A stretch of 64,000 nucleotides of DNA from the NCBI GenBank assembly GCA_964449385.1, contig CAYUYO010000003.1, positions 483-64,482 of the forward strand. Direction: 5' to 3'. The translations under genes were made by a program, and so were the position numbers. Position 1 is the stretch's first letter. Each line of letters begins with the position of its first letter. The notes under the pieces were generated by a model that worked only from the letters and a program-made list of their open reading frames with translations, did no database searches and was not told the origin of the DNA. Source of the DNA: an uncultured Candidatus Saccharibacteria bacterium. Lineage in GTDB: Bacteria > Patescibacteriota > Minisyncoccia > Minisyncoccales > CAYUYO01. Below are positions 48,311 through 56,899 of the stretch, in pieces.

Positions 48311-48919
48311 TTAAATATTTCTTGCTTTTATCATTTCAATAATTCCATTTTTCGTATAATCTCTTTTTTCTATTTGAAGCTGATTTTTTTTTAATATTTC
48401 ACTTAATCCGCCTTGCTTAAAATAATCTTTAAAATGTTCAAAATGATCTCTCCCGGCAAAATATTCTATAATTTTAATAAAACAAGAATAGAGACTTTTA
48501 TGTAGGGGGACTTGGTAGTCAATAAAAATCAAACTTCCTTCTTTTTTTACCACCCTTTTCATTTCAGAAATTATATTATCTCTTACTTTTCTTTCTTTCT
48601 CGTGGAGACCAAAAGAGATGGAGGCATAATCAAAGGAGTTACTTTTTAAAGGCATTTCTTGAGCGTCAGCAATTTGAAATGAAACATTATTTAGACCCAA
48701 TTTTTTTTTATTTCTCTTAGCTACTTTAATCATATTGGAATCTAAATCTATTCCAGTAGCAATAATATTTGATTTAGCATAATAAAAGACCTGGTCTCCT
48801 GTTCCACAACAAACATCCAATACTCTATCTCCGCTTTTCATACCAGAAAACTTTAGAGTATAAATTCTAATATCTTTTAATAAAGGATCTATTGTATTTG
48901 AGTAATTTAGAAACCACAT
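48311..48919 (-). CDS. Class I SAM-dependent methyltransferase (UbiE/COQ5-like)
   Basis: Motif I VLDVCCGTGD and post-I GIDLD. Confidence 0.8.
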   Translation of the reverse strand: MWFLNYSNTIDPLLKDIRIYTLKFSGMKSGDRVLDVCCGTGDQVFYYAKSNIIATGIDLDSNMIKVAKRNKKKLGLNNVSFQIADAQEMPLKSNSFDYASISFGLHEKERKVRDNIISEMKRVVKKEGSLIFIDYQVPLHKSLYSCFIKIIEYFAGRDHFEHFKDYFKQGGLSEILKKNQLQIEKRDYTKNGIIEMIKARNI

Positions 48920-48988
48920 AAAATAATTCTACTAAAAAATTACCTTTTTAGCGATCAATAAAATTATTGAGGTTTGATTTTGATTAAA

Positions 48989-49339
48989 TTAGAAAATTTT
49001 AGTTCCTGGTGGTACTTCTTCGTCTGGTTCTAAAATTACTGGTCGACCTTCAACACTTGCTGCTAAAAGCATACCTTGGCTTTTAATACCTTTCAAAATT
49101 TTTGGTTCTAAATTCATCACTACTACAATTTCTCTTCCAATTAAATTCTCTGGTTGATAAAATTTGCTGATTCCAGCTACTAATTCTCTTTTTTCTTCAC
49201 CTAAATCAACTTTTAATCTTAAAAGCTTATTAGATCCTTTTATCTTCTCTGCTTCAATTACTTTTCCGATTCTTAAATCAATTTTTTGAAACTCTTCAAA
49301 ATTAATCATATGTTTTATCCTATCAAAAAATCGCTCCAT
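48989..49339 (-). CDS. tRNA-binding (CsaA/Trbp111-like OB-fold) protein
   Basis: FQKIDLRIGKVIEAEKI...KLLRLKVDLGEE...SQGMLLAA. The start could be the internal ATG at 49309. Confidence 0.8.
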   Translation of the reverse strand: MERFFDRIKHMINFEEFQKIDLRIGKVIEAEKIKGSNKLLRLKVDLGEEKRELVAGISKFYQPENLIGREIVVVMNLEPKILKGIKSQGMLLAASVEGRPVILEPDEEVPPGTKIF

Positions 49340-49380
49340 TAGCGATTCTTTAGTCTTTTAAAAAATTATTCTATTATTAT

Positions 49381-49710
49381 TTATCTATTATCTCCGTTTC
49401 CGGAAAGCTTGTTTCTCTTTTGCCTAGAATTTAATTTTTTAATATTAAAAGAAGCGATATGATCCAAAGATAGATTTAATTCTGTGGCAACTTGAGAAAG
49501 ATACCATAAAACATCGCCAAGTTCTTTTTCTATTTCTTGCTTTCTCAAATTATCAACAATTCCATTGTTATCTCTTAAAACTTTTTTAATCTTTTCGGCC
49601 ACTTCTCCGCTTTCGCCAACTAATCCTAAAACCGGATAAATAAAATTCTTTCCCTTTTTTGGATAAATTGCGGTTTTTCTTGAAAGTTTTTGATATTCTT
49701 CAAAAGTCAT
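49381..49710 (-). CDS. MazG-like nucleoside triphosphate pyrophosphohydrolase
   Basis: LVGESGEVAEKIKK and ELGDVLWYL (EExxE/D-type all-alpha NTP-PPase). Confidence 0.75.
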   Translation of the reverse strand: MTFEEYQKLSRKTAIYPKKGKNFIYPVLGLVGESGEVAEKIKKVLRDNNGIVDNLRKQEIEKELGDVLWYLSQVATELNLSLDHIASFNIKKLNSRQKRNKLSGNGDNR

Positions 49711-49747
49711 AATTTTATTTTTATTTTAATTAAATAGTATTAACCTT

Positions 49748-49942
49748 TTAATTTTTTTCTTTTGAGAAATAGAAAATATAGATAATTTCCAAGATAGCAA
49801 ATGTATTTAATATTAAAATTACTATGAACCATTTCTTATGGCTGTTTTTAGCTGCTTTCCAAAGTGCTACTCCCTTCCAAGGTAAAACCCAAAAAAGAAT
49901 TACCCAAATTAACCACTGATTACTTAATAAATATTGTTCCAT
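49748..49942 (-). CDS. Small two-TM membrane protein (DUF5652-like)
   Basis: WKGVALWKAAKNSHKKWFIVILILNTFAILEIIYIF. Confidence 0.5.
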   Translation of the reverse strand: MEQYLLSNQWLIWVILFWVLPWKGVALWKAAKNSHKKWFIVILILNTFAILEIIYIFYFSKEKN

Positions 49943-49953
49943 TAATGTTTTTT

Positions 49954-50442
49954 TTAATCAAGTTTATTTATTACTCTAACATTATACGAAGAAATATTTT
50001 CTCCTTTTTTGAAAATAAAATCTGCTTTTAATTTTTCACCAGTCAAAATTCTTTGAAGCCAAAATTTATCATCTGACCACATTTTTTCAAAAGGGATTTC
50101 ATTTATTTTAAACCATTTTGGTTTCATTTCCTCGGATTCTTTTGGTTTTCCTTGCCAATTTTTGGAAATAAAAACGTGAACTTCTTGATTCCATTCTTTT
50201 TGATATGGAAAATAAAAATTTAAAATAGCCGATTTTTTAATATTTTTAACCTCAACGCCGGTTTCTTCCCTAGTTTCTCGAACAGCCGTATCAAAAATAT
50301 CTTTATCTCCTTTATTAATATTAAACTTTCCTCCGGCTCCATTCCATTTTCCTACTCCAAAACCTCTCTTTTTCATAGCTAAAAGCAATTCTTTTTTTCC
50401 TTGGTTTTCTCTGATTAAAAAACATAAAGTTGCTTGTTGCAT
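49954..50442 (-). CDS. NUDIX hydrolase (MutT-like)
   Basis: Nudix box GGKFN...AVRETREETGV. Confidence 0.85.
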   Translation of the reverse strand: MQQATLCFLIRENQGKKELLLAMKKRGFGVGKWNGAGGKFNINKGDKDIFDTAVRETREETGVEVKNIKKSAILNFYFPYQKEWNQEVHVFISKNWQGKPKESEEMKPKWFKINEIPFEKMWSDDKFWLQRILTGEKLKADFIFKKGENISSYNVRVINKLD

Positions 50443-50460
50443 ACTAATTATATATTAAAT

Positions 50461-51609
50461 TTAGTTAGATAAATATTTTCTTCCTTTTAATTTGTCTGGA
50501 AGTAAATCTTCTTTTGTATATTTTTCATATCCTTCACCATAATTTAATTTTTTCATAAGATTTGTAGATGCATTACGCAAAACCAAAGGAATCGGCAGAT
50601 TTCCATATTTTTTTATATCTTCCATTGCAGACACATAAGCCTCGTAAGATGTTCTATCTTTTTTACATTTGCATAAATATACTGTTCCATGGGCTAAATT
50701 AATAGCGCATTCTGGTAGTCCAATAATTTCTACGGCCTTAAATACGTCGTTTGCTACTACCAAAGCCGTTGGCAGAGCTGATCCAATATCTTCAGAAGCA
50801 AAAATAACCATTCTTCTTGCTATAAATTTAGGATCTTCTCCGGCATCAATCATTCTGGCTAGATAATATAAGGCAGCATTTGGTTGAGAAGCCCTCATAC
50901 TTTTAATAAAAGCCGAAATAGTATTGTAATGTTCTTCTCCTCTTTTGTCATATCTTAAAAATTTTGACTGGAGGACATTTTTTAAAGTTTCTATAGTAAT
51001 TTTATTATAAAGTTGAGATGTGCTTTCCAGCATCATAATAGTTTGTCTTGCATCTCCGTTTGCCATTGCAATCAACCAGTCTTTAGCTTTTTTATCTAGT
51101 TTAAATCCAGTTTTTTGAATAATAGTTAACATTTCTTTTTCTGAAAGCTCATTTAGAACAAAAACCCTGCAGCGTGAAAGCAAGGCTGGAATTATCTCAA
51201 AACTTGGATTTTCTGTAGTAGCTCCAATAAGCGTTATATCTCCCCTTTCTACAAATGGAAGCAGAAAGTCTTGTTGAGATTTGTTGAATCGATGAATTTC
51301 ATCTAAAAATAAAACTTTGGAATACTCTCCGGTATTTTCAGCAATTATTTTTTTAATATCTGCTTTTCCTGCCGAAACAGCGGATAATTCATAAAGCCGG
51401 GCATTTAAACTATTAGCATATATTTTTGCTAAAGTAGTTTTTCCCGTACCAGGAGGTCCCCAAAAAATAAAAGAAAATAAAAGTTTTTGTTTTATAGCAA
51501 CATTTAGAGGTTTTCCTTCTCCAACTAAATGCTCTTGTCCTACGAATTCTTTTAGATTTTTAGGTCTTATTTTTGAAGCTAAGGGTTCCATATTAAAACT
51601 AAAGGCCAA
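50461..51609 (-). CDS. rarA: Replication-associated recombination protein A (AAA+ ATPase)
   Basis: FWGPPGTGKTT, LFLDEIHRFNK, MgsA C-terminal domain (HYNTISAFIKSMRASQPNAALYYLARM). Confidence 0.92.
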   Translation of the reverse strand: MAFSFNMEPLASKIRPKNLKEFVGQEHLVGEGKPLNVAIKQKLLFSFIFWGPPGTGKTTLAKIYANSLNARLYELSAVSAGKADIKKIIAENTGEYSKVLFLDEIHRFNKSQQDFLLPFVERGDITLIGATTENPSFEIIPALLSRCRVFVLNELSEKEMLTIIQKTGFKLDKKAKDWLIAMANGDARQTIMMLESTSQLYNKITIETLKNVLQSKFLRYDKRGEEHYNTISAFIKSMRASQPNAALYYLARMIDAGEDPKFIARRMVIFASEDIGSALPTALVVANDVFKAVEIIGLPECAINLAHGTVYLCKCKKDRTSYEAYVSAMEDIKKYGNLPIPLVLRNASTNLMKKLNYGEGYEKYTKEDLLPDKLKGRKYLSN

Positions 51610-51856
51610 AACCTGTTATCTGCGACATCTTTTTGGCAGCAACTATTTGAATTTTTTTCATTGCTTCATTAAGACATTCTTTGATAATTTTTTCCTGTTC
51701 TTCCTTACTTAACTCTGAATTTAATTTAATTTCTTCTACTTCCATCTTGCCGTTAACAACTACCTTTATCCCTGATTTTTCAACTTCTGCTTTTTCTTCT
51801 GTTAGTTTGTCCTGTAAATCCTTAAGTTCTTTTAATTGTTTTAGTTTTTCAAACAT
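51599..51856 (-). CDS. ybaB: YbaB/EbfC-family nucleoid-associated protein
   Basis: ~85 aa with GIKVVVNGKMEVEEIKL and the typical C-terminal tail. Confidence 0.8.
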   Translation of the reverse strand: MFEKLKQLKELKDLQDKLTEEKAEVEKSGIKVVVNGKMEVEEIKLNSELSKEEQEKIIKECLNEAMKKIQIVAAKKMSQITGFGL

Positions 51857-51875
51857 AGTTTTATTTTATTTTCTT

Positions 51876-52937
51876 TTAAATTTTAATTTCGATGACATCA
51901 CCATCTTGAACAATATAATTTTTACCTTCAGTTCTTATTAGTCCTTTTTCTCGCGCCTCGGCAAATCCCCCACTTTCTAAAAGTTTATCAGATTGGATAA
52001 TCTCTGCTTTAATAAAGTGTTTCTCAAAATCGCTATGAATCACCCCGCCGGCCTGAGGAGCAGTAGAGCCATTTTTAATTGTCCAGGCCCTGGTTTCGTC
52101 TTGTCCTGTGGTTAAGAATGTTATCAAATCAAGTAAATGATAAGTTTTTTCAATTAAATTATTGATTTTCAATTCTTCAGAAATGCCAAAAGATTTTCTT
52201 TCTTCTAAAGATAAACCTGCTCCGTCAAATTCGGTTAGAATATCCATTATAAGATAAGGATATTGATTTTTTTCAAAAACATCAATAATTTCTTTATCTA
52301 TTTCATTTTCTTTTCCATTTAATAAATATAATCTCGGCTTTAAAATAAGCAACTGATACTCTTTCAAAATCTTTTTTTCATTGTCGTTAAAATTTTGTTC
52401 CGATAAAGCTTTGCCGGCATTAAGCAGAATCTGAATTTTTCTAAGAGTTTCTAATTCAGAATTTACTTCTTTATCGTTTGCTTTAACCTTTTTTTCCAAA
52501 TCATTTATTTTTTTTTCAACGGTTGCCAGATCTTTCAAAGCCATTTCAGTATCTAAAATCTCTTTATCTCTTAAAATATCTATTGTTTGTTGTATATTTA
52601 TAATTTTGTCATTTTTAAAACCCCGTAAAACATAAACTATAGCGTCAACCTCGCGGATATTTGCCAAAAACTGATTGCCCAACCCTTCTCCCTTACTGGC
52701 GCCCTTTACTAAACCAGCGATATCAACAAATTCTATTGTCGTATAAATCTTTTTAAGAGAATTAGTTAAATTAGCCAATTTATCAACCCTTTCGTCTGGA
52801 ACGGCAACTACTCCGACGTTAGGGTCAATGGTGCAAAAAGGATAATTAGAACGATCAATTTCTTTTTTAGTTATTGTTTGGAATAAGGTTGATTTGCCAA
52901 CGTTTGGCAAACCAACAATGCCAATATGTAAAGACAT
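51876..52937 (-). CDS. ychF: Ribosome-binding ATPase YchF
   Basis: GIVGLPNVGKSTLF, FVDIAGLVKGAS, C-terminal TGS-like end. Confidence 0.95.
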   Translation of the reverse strand: MSLHIGIVGLPNVGKSTLFQTITKKEIDRSNYPFCTIDPNVGVVAVPDERVDKLANLTNSLKKIYTTIEFVDIAGLVKGASKGEGLGNQFLANIREVDAIVYVLRGFKNDKIINIQQTIDILRDKEILDTEMALKDLATVEKKINDLEKKVKANDKEVNSELETLRKIQILLNAGKALSEQNFNDNEKKILKEYQLLILKPRLYLLNGKENEIDKEIIDVFEKNQYPYLIMDILTEFDGAGLSLEERKSFGISEELKINNLIEKTYHLLDLITFLTTGQDETRAWTIKNGSTAPQAGGVIHSDFEKHFIKAEIIQSDKLLESGGFAEAREKGLIRTEGKNYIVQDGDVIEIKI

Positions 52938-52980
52938 ATTTTTTATTAATTAATTATTATTTTGTTTTATTTATTCTACC

Positions 52981-53007
52981 AAAAAACCGCCATCTTGGCG
53001 ATTTTTT
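52981..53007 (-). terminator. Repeat-family terminator copy E1, with T-tract running into TGGTAGAAT
   Basis: Plus strand reads AAAAAACCGCCATCTTGGCGATTTTTT and is symmetric, so it is bidirectional. On the minus strand an extended -10 TGGTAGAAT (52973-52981) follows directly. Confidence 0.7.
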
Positions 53008-53092
53008 CTCAGTTTTAATTATTTAAGTAGTTTTATTGGTGTTTAATCGACGCGTCTCGGTCAAGTTTTTTTAAGTTAGTTAAAGTAAGATA

Positions 53093-54070
53093 TCAATCTT
53101 GTATAGGATTAGGTTCTTTTAACTGTCCACTATCTTTATATAATTCAGGATCAATAGTTCTTGTAAAACAAGTTCTCTCTGCTTTATGTTCCCAACGTTG
53201 TTGAGAAGAATCATAAGGATAGGAATATTGAGGATAGGAATATTTTGTGTTATTGGCAGTTGAACTGAAATCCTCGGTTGAAGTTTTGAATGTGGCGCAC
53301 AGTTCAAAAGAAAACGTATCAATAATATGATATTCATATTCTAAATCAGATTCTGGATCTGTTGGGGCAATAAATCCAGAAATACTGTCTTCTAATTTAC
53401 TGAGGTTTTGAGGAAGCGTTTCTTTTTGTATCCAGTAGTTAATAATTCGGTCTTGCAGCGTTTGAAGATTGCTTACCCTTTGTTCATCAAATCTTCTCTG
53501 CCGTTGTTCTGCAGGTGTACCAATAATGAAAAAACCACAAATAATACTAACTAAGATCACAAAAGAAAGAATCCAGGCAAGTATTTTGGGAATTTTAGAC
53601 TTTATCTCCTTTCTTCTTAAATCCCAAACATAATAGCCGAAAACAGCTCCAGTTACTAAGAGTACGACAAAAACTTTCAAAAAGAACTGAATTGTTAATT
53701 CCCCACTCAGAAAACTAAAAACAAACATTATCAAATCTATAATAATAGTAACTGCTGATATAAAGAGAGTGAAATAGATTAACCATTTTCTCAATTTTAG
53801 TTCTCGTTTTTCGTAGTTGCTTACCAAATCTTTTCCCAATAGCCATGAAGTAAAAATATATACCGGGATCACTATGATAAGTATTGACGTTGATAAGCGA
53901 ACTGAATTAGCCATACTTGTATAATAAAAACTAAGCGGGTCTGGAAAAAGAGCGCTGATATATTGAATACAAAGCGTAATAAAACTAATAACACCGAGAT
54001 AAAAGGTGAAGATATTCAAAAGATGCAAAAAGACATCTTTTGGCGTACTTTTTATAGTAGTGTCGTTCAT
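53093..54070 (-). CDS. Polytopic membrane protein (DUF5671-like N-half) with extracytoplasmic C-domain
   Basis: Four to five TM helices, then a soluble domain with LPQNLSKLED...DPES..YEY...FELCATF. Confidence 0.6.
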   Translation of the reverse strand: MNDTTIKSTPKDVFLHLLNIFTFYLGVISFITLCIQYISALFPDPLSFYYTSMANSVRLSTSILIIVIPVYIFTSWLLGKDLVSNYEKRELKLRKWLIYFTLFISAVTIIIDLIMFVFSFLSGELTIQFFLKVFVVLLVTGAVFGYYVWDLRRKEIKSKIPKILAWILSFVILVSIICGFFIIGTPAEQRQRRFDEQRVSNLQTLQDRIINYWIQKETLPQNLSKLEDSISGFIAPTDPESDLEYEYHIIDTFSFELCATFKTSTEDFSSTANNTKYSYPQYSYPYDSSQQRWEHKAERTCFTRTIDPELYKDSGQLKEPNPIQD

Positions 54071-54148
54071 ATTTTTATTTTATTATACTTTTATTAACAA
54101 GATACTTTTATTATACAAGGTAAAAGAATTATTGTCGACTGAATAACA

Positions 54149-55120
54149 TTAGAATTCCGTCTTTTCTAAAATCAAATCGTTGAGTATTTTTTTAACAAGT
54201 TCAATGCTTTCCCAATCAAATATTGAAATCGGCATTACATTTTTATTTAATTCTCTAAATTTCTTTATTATCTCGGTAATAGTATCAGACGAAACTAAAT
54301 CTTTTTTGCTTATAAAAAGATACTCCGATTTTTCTAAAAGCATTTTATTATATGCCCCTAATTCATTGCGCACCGTTTTATAATCCAAAACCGGATTGAC
54401 CGAATCGGCAGTCACAAAATGAAATAGAATTTTCGTGCGTTCTATATGTCGCAAAAATTTAATCCCAAGACCCTTACCCAAAGAAGCTCCTTCAATAAGT
54501 CCGGGAATATCAGCCAGTATTAAATCAAAATAAACGCCTAAATTCGGTTCCAAAGTAGTAAATGGATAATTAGCCACTTTGATTTTGGTATTAGTCAGTT
54601 CGTTGATCAAACTTGATTTACCTACATTAGGCAACCCTATAAGTCCGACATCGGCAATCAACTTCAATTCAAGATGAATTTCGGACGATTCGCCCGGCTT
54701 TCCATATTCAAAATTTTTCGGAGAAGTATTTGTAGAAGACCTGAAATGAAAATTTCCTCTTCCTCCATGTCCGCCTTGAACAACCAATTCCCGCTTACCT
54801 ATTTTAGTTATTTCAAAATCTTGGCCGGTTTTTAGGTTATGTACTACTGTTCCTACGGGAACCATTAAAACAAGATCTTCTGCATTATGGCCATCGCGAA
54901 ATTGAGAACGGCCGTCTTCTCCGTTTTTAGCTTTAAATTCTTTTTTAAAACGGAATTTATTAAGTGCACTTAAATTAGAAATTCCTTCAACATAAATACT
55001 GCCGCCTTTACCGCCGCTTCCTCCCACGGGTCCCAGGGACATTAAATTTTTATTAAACGCCACCATTCCCTTTCCTCCCGATCCGGCTATTACGCGTATT
55101 TTTACATCATCAATAAGCAT
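54149..55120 (-). CDS. obg: GTPase Obg/CgtA
   Basis: Glycine-rich Obg fold (AGSGGKGMVAF, GGSGGKGGSIY) and G domain GLIGLPNVGKSS, DIPGLIEGAS. Confidence 0.93.
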   Translation of the reverse strand: MLIDDVKIRVIAGSGGKGMVAFNKNLMSLGPVGGSGGKGGSIYVEGISNLSALNKFRFKKEFKAKNGEDGRSQFRDGHNAEDLVLMVPVGTVVHNLKTGQDFEITKIGKRELVVQGGHGGRGNFHFRSSTNTSPKNFEYGKPGESSEIHLELKLIADVGLIGLPNVGKSSLINELTNTKIKVANYPFTTLEPNLGVYFDLILADIPGLIEGASLGKGLGIKFLRHIERTKILFHFVTADSVNPVLDYKTVRNELGAYNKMLLEKSEYLFISKKDLVSSDTITEIIKKFRELNKNVMPISIFDWESIELVKKILNDLILEKTEF

Positions 55121-55218
55121 ATTGTTAGTATAAACTAATTAAGTCTTAAACAAAACTCATAATTTTTTCGATCAATTCGTCTTTTTCTTTTTTCATATTT
55201 TATCTACTAAAACAAAAA

Positions 55219-55674
55219 TTAATCAATCTCAAATTCTATTTTATCTCCAATGTTTAAACCAATTTCTTTTGAAATACCTCCGTTTATTTCCAAAACATAT
55301 TTTGCGTTTTTCTCGGGATTTATGTTCGGGCAAAAATCTTCTTTGCAAGATTGAGTATTTTTACTGATATAAACAACTTCTTTGTTTTTATTGATCCAAA
55401 TTATATCTAAAGGAATCAAAGTATTTTTCATCCAAAAAGGATATTCTCCTTCGTCTTTAAAAATAAAAAGCATGCCTTTATCTGAATCTAACTTTTCTCT
55501 AAACATCAAACCCCGGGTTTGTTCTTGAGTGGTTATTGCCAATTCAACAGTAAAACAACTATCTTTAAAACAAACTTGGCTTTGATTTTTTGGATCGAAA
55601 GAAAATAAAATTATTATGAATATCAAGAATAAAATTACAGATAAAAAAATGGTTAATAAGAACTTTTTTTTCAT
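55219..55674 (-). CDS. DUF192-family protein
   Basis: RGLMFREKL..GMLFIF......FWMKNTLIPLDIIWI. Confidence 0.8.
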   Translation of the reverse strand: MKKKFLLTIFLSVILFLIFIIILFSFDPKNQSQVCFKDSCFTVELAITTQEQTRGLMFREKLDSDKGMLFIFKDEGEYPFWMKNTLIPLDIIWINKNKEVVYISKNTQSCKEDFCPNINPEKNAKYVLEINGGISKEIGLNIGDKIEFEID

Positions 55675-55689
55675 TAAAATTATCTTACC

Positions 55690-55716
55690 AAAAAACCGCC
55701 GAAATGGCGATTTTTT
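55690..55716 (-). terminator. Repeat-family terminator copy E2, followed by TGGTAAGAT
   Basis: AAAAAACCGCCGAAATGGCGATTTTTT. The -10 at 55682-55687 lies 7 nt before the DUF192 ATG (55674). Confidence 0.7.
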
Positions 55717-55807
55717 ATCGATACTCCGAGGAACGGATGATGTTAAAACCTGTTTTATATAAGAAAAATCACATTACTTGAGAGATGATTTTCTATTTAA
55801 AATTATT

Positions 55808-55996
55808 TTACTTCTCCCTTATAATTCTAGGAAGCCAATATATCATGGTTGCAACAAGAAGTGTCCACCAAAGCCATAATAAACCAATGAGGTATTCGTA
55901 GAAATAGAGAGCCAAGATGATGCCGAGGGAAAGCAAGCATATTTTGATTAAACCTATCTCCCACCAGCGAAACGTCCATGTTTTAAAGATTTTCAT
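55808..55996 (-). CDS. Small two-TM membrane protein
   Basis: 62-aa Trp-rich hydrophobic ORF bracketed by family terminators. No known motif. Confidence 0.45.
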   Translation of the reverse strand: MKIFKTWTFRWWEIGLIKICLLSLGIILALYFYEYLIGLLWLWWTLLVATMIYWLPRIIREK

Positions 55997-56042
55997 AATA
56001 TTATTTATTTAAAACTTTTATAGACCTTTATCTTATTCTACC

Positions 56043-56068
56043 AAAAAACCGCCTGAAAGAATAGGCGG
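56043..56068 (-). terminator. Repeat-family terminator copy E3, followed by TGGTAGAAT
   Basis: CCGCCT (56049-54) / AGGCGG (63-68) with an A/T run. Extended -10 at 56035-56043. Confidence 0.65.
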
Positions 56069-56125
56069 AAATTAGTTGGCATCCTCAGTTTAAAACCCAT
56101 ATTTTAATGGGAAATCTGGTTATTC

Positions 56126-56268
56126 TTAAACTGTCTTGGCAACATACGGCTTTATTTTATTCCAAGGAGCATATTTTGATTTATACCACCTTGATCAACT
56201 GTTTTTTCTCCTGTTAAAATCTTTTCTGTTAAACCCCACGATTTTTTCATTATTGCTATATGTTCCAT
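56126..56268 (-). pseudogene. Frameshifted 5' fragment of an ASCH-domain gene
   Basis: Hand translation gives MEHIAIMKKSWGLTEKILTGEKTV, then a frame loss. Shifting the reading frame by one base restores SRWYKSKYAPWNKIK, the usual continuation in ASCH proteins as I remember them. The reading frame ends after ~45 codons where repeat copy E3 begins. Confidence 0.5.
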
Positions 56269-56279
56269 AATTTTACTGT

Positions 56280-56618
56280 TTATTTTCCGGCAGATCTGTC
56301 AGACCAAACAAGGAAAAGTTTCTTTTTGAAACCTCCTCTTTCTTTTCTTCGCTGTTCCTGTTTTTCTTCGACAAATTCAAAACTTATATTTTCACTTTCA
56401 GCAATAGATTTTATTAGCTCCAAAACATCGGCAAGTTCTTTTGCTAACTCGCTTTTTTCAGCTTCTATTACCTCTTTAACTTCCTCAATCAGTTTTTTCT
56501 TTAGTTCTTTCTTAAATTCATATTCTTCCATAACTCTCAATTCGTATTTGCCATTATTAGCTTTTATAATTTCAGGGATTTTATCTCTTATTAATTTTTT
56601 ATGATAAAACTTTTCCAT
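56280..56618 (-). CDS. MazG-like / phosphoribosyl-ATP-pyrophosphohydrolase-like NTP pyrophosphatase
   Basis: KLIRDKIPEII N-terminus and EExxE-type helices (LIEEVKEVIEAE, ELADVLELI). Confidence 0.7.
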   Translation of the reverse strand: MEKFYHKKLIRDKIPEIIKANNGKYELRVMEEYEFKKELKKKLIEEVKEVIEAEKSELAKELADVLELIKSIAESENISFEFVEEKQEQRRKERGGFKKKLFLVWSDRSAGK

Positions 56619-56634
56619 TTTTTAATTTTAACAT

Positions 56635-56656
56635 AAAAACCGCCGAAATGGCGATT
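56635..56656 (-). terminator. Repeat-family terminator copy E4, followed by TGTTAAAAT
   Basis: AAAAACCGCCGAAATGGCGATT. Extended -10 at 56625-56633, 6 nt before the ATG at 56618. Confidence 0.65.
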
Positions 56657-56818
56657 AATTGCGAGGGCTCAACTCTGAACAAAGTTCGATGTCCTAGACG
56701 AATATCGTTATTCGTAGACAACGATACTCTGGCGATATCTCGAAGATGAAACGCCCGCAAGATTAAACCGTAGCTTAACCTTCATTAATAGACATTTATA
56801 ATTTTATATGGAATCTTG

Positions 56819-56863
56819 GAAAAAAAGAAAAGAGCCCCCGGCGAAAAATATCACCGAAGGCTC
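56819..56863 (-). terminator. Strong intrinsic terminator of the G+C-rich 203-aa gene
   Basis: Minus strand reads GAGCCUUCGGUGAUAUUUUUCGCCGGGGGCUC followed by UUUUCUUUUUUU. Confidence 0.7.
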
Positions 56864-56899
56864 AAGAACTCGAGAGAGTTAAACTCTCAAATCTTTGGT

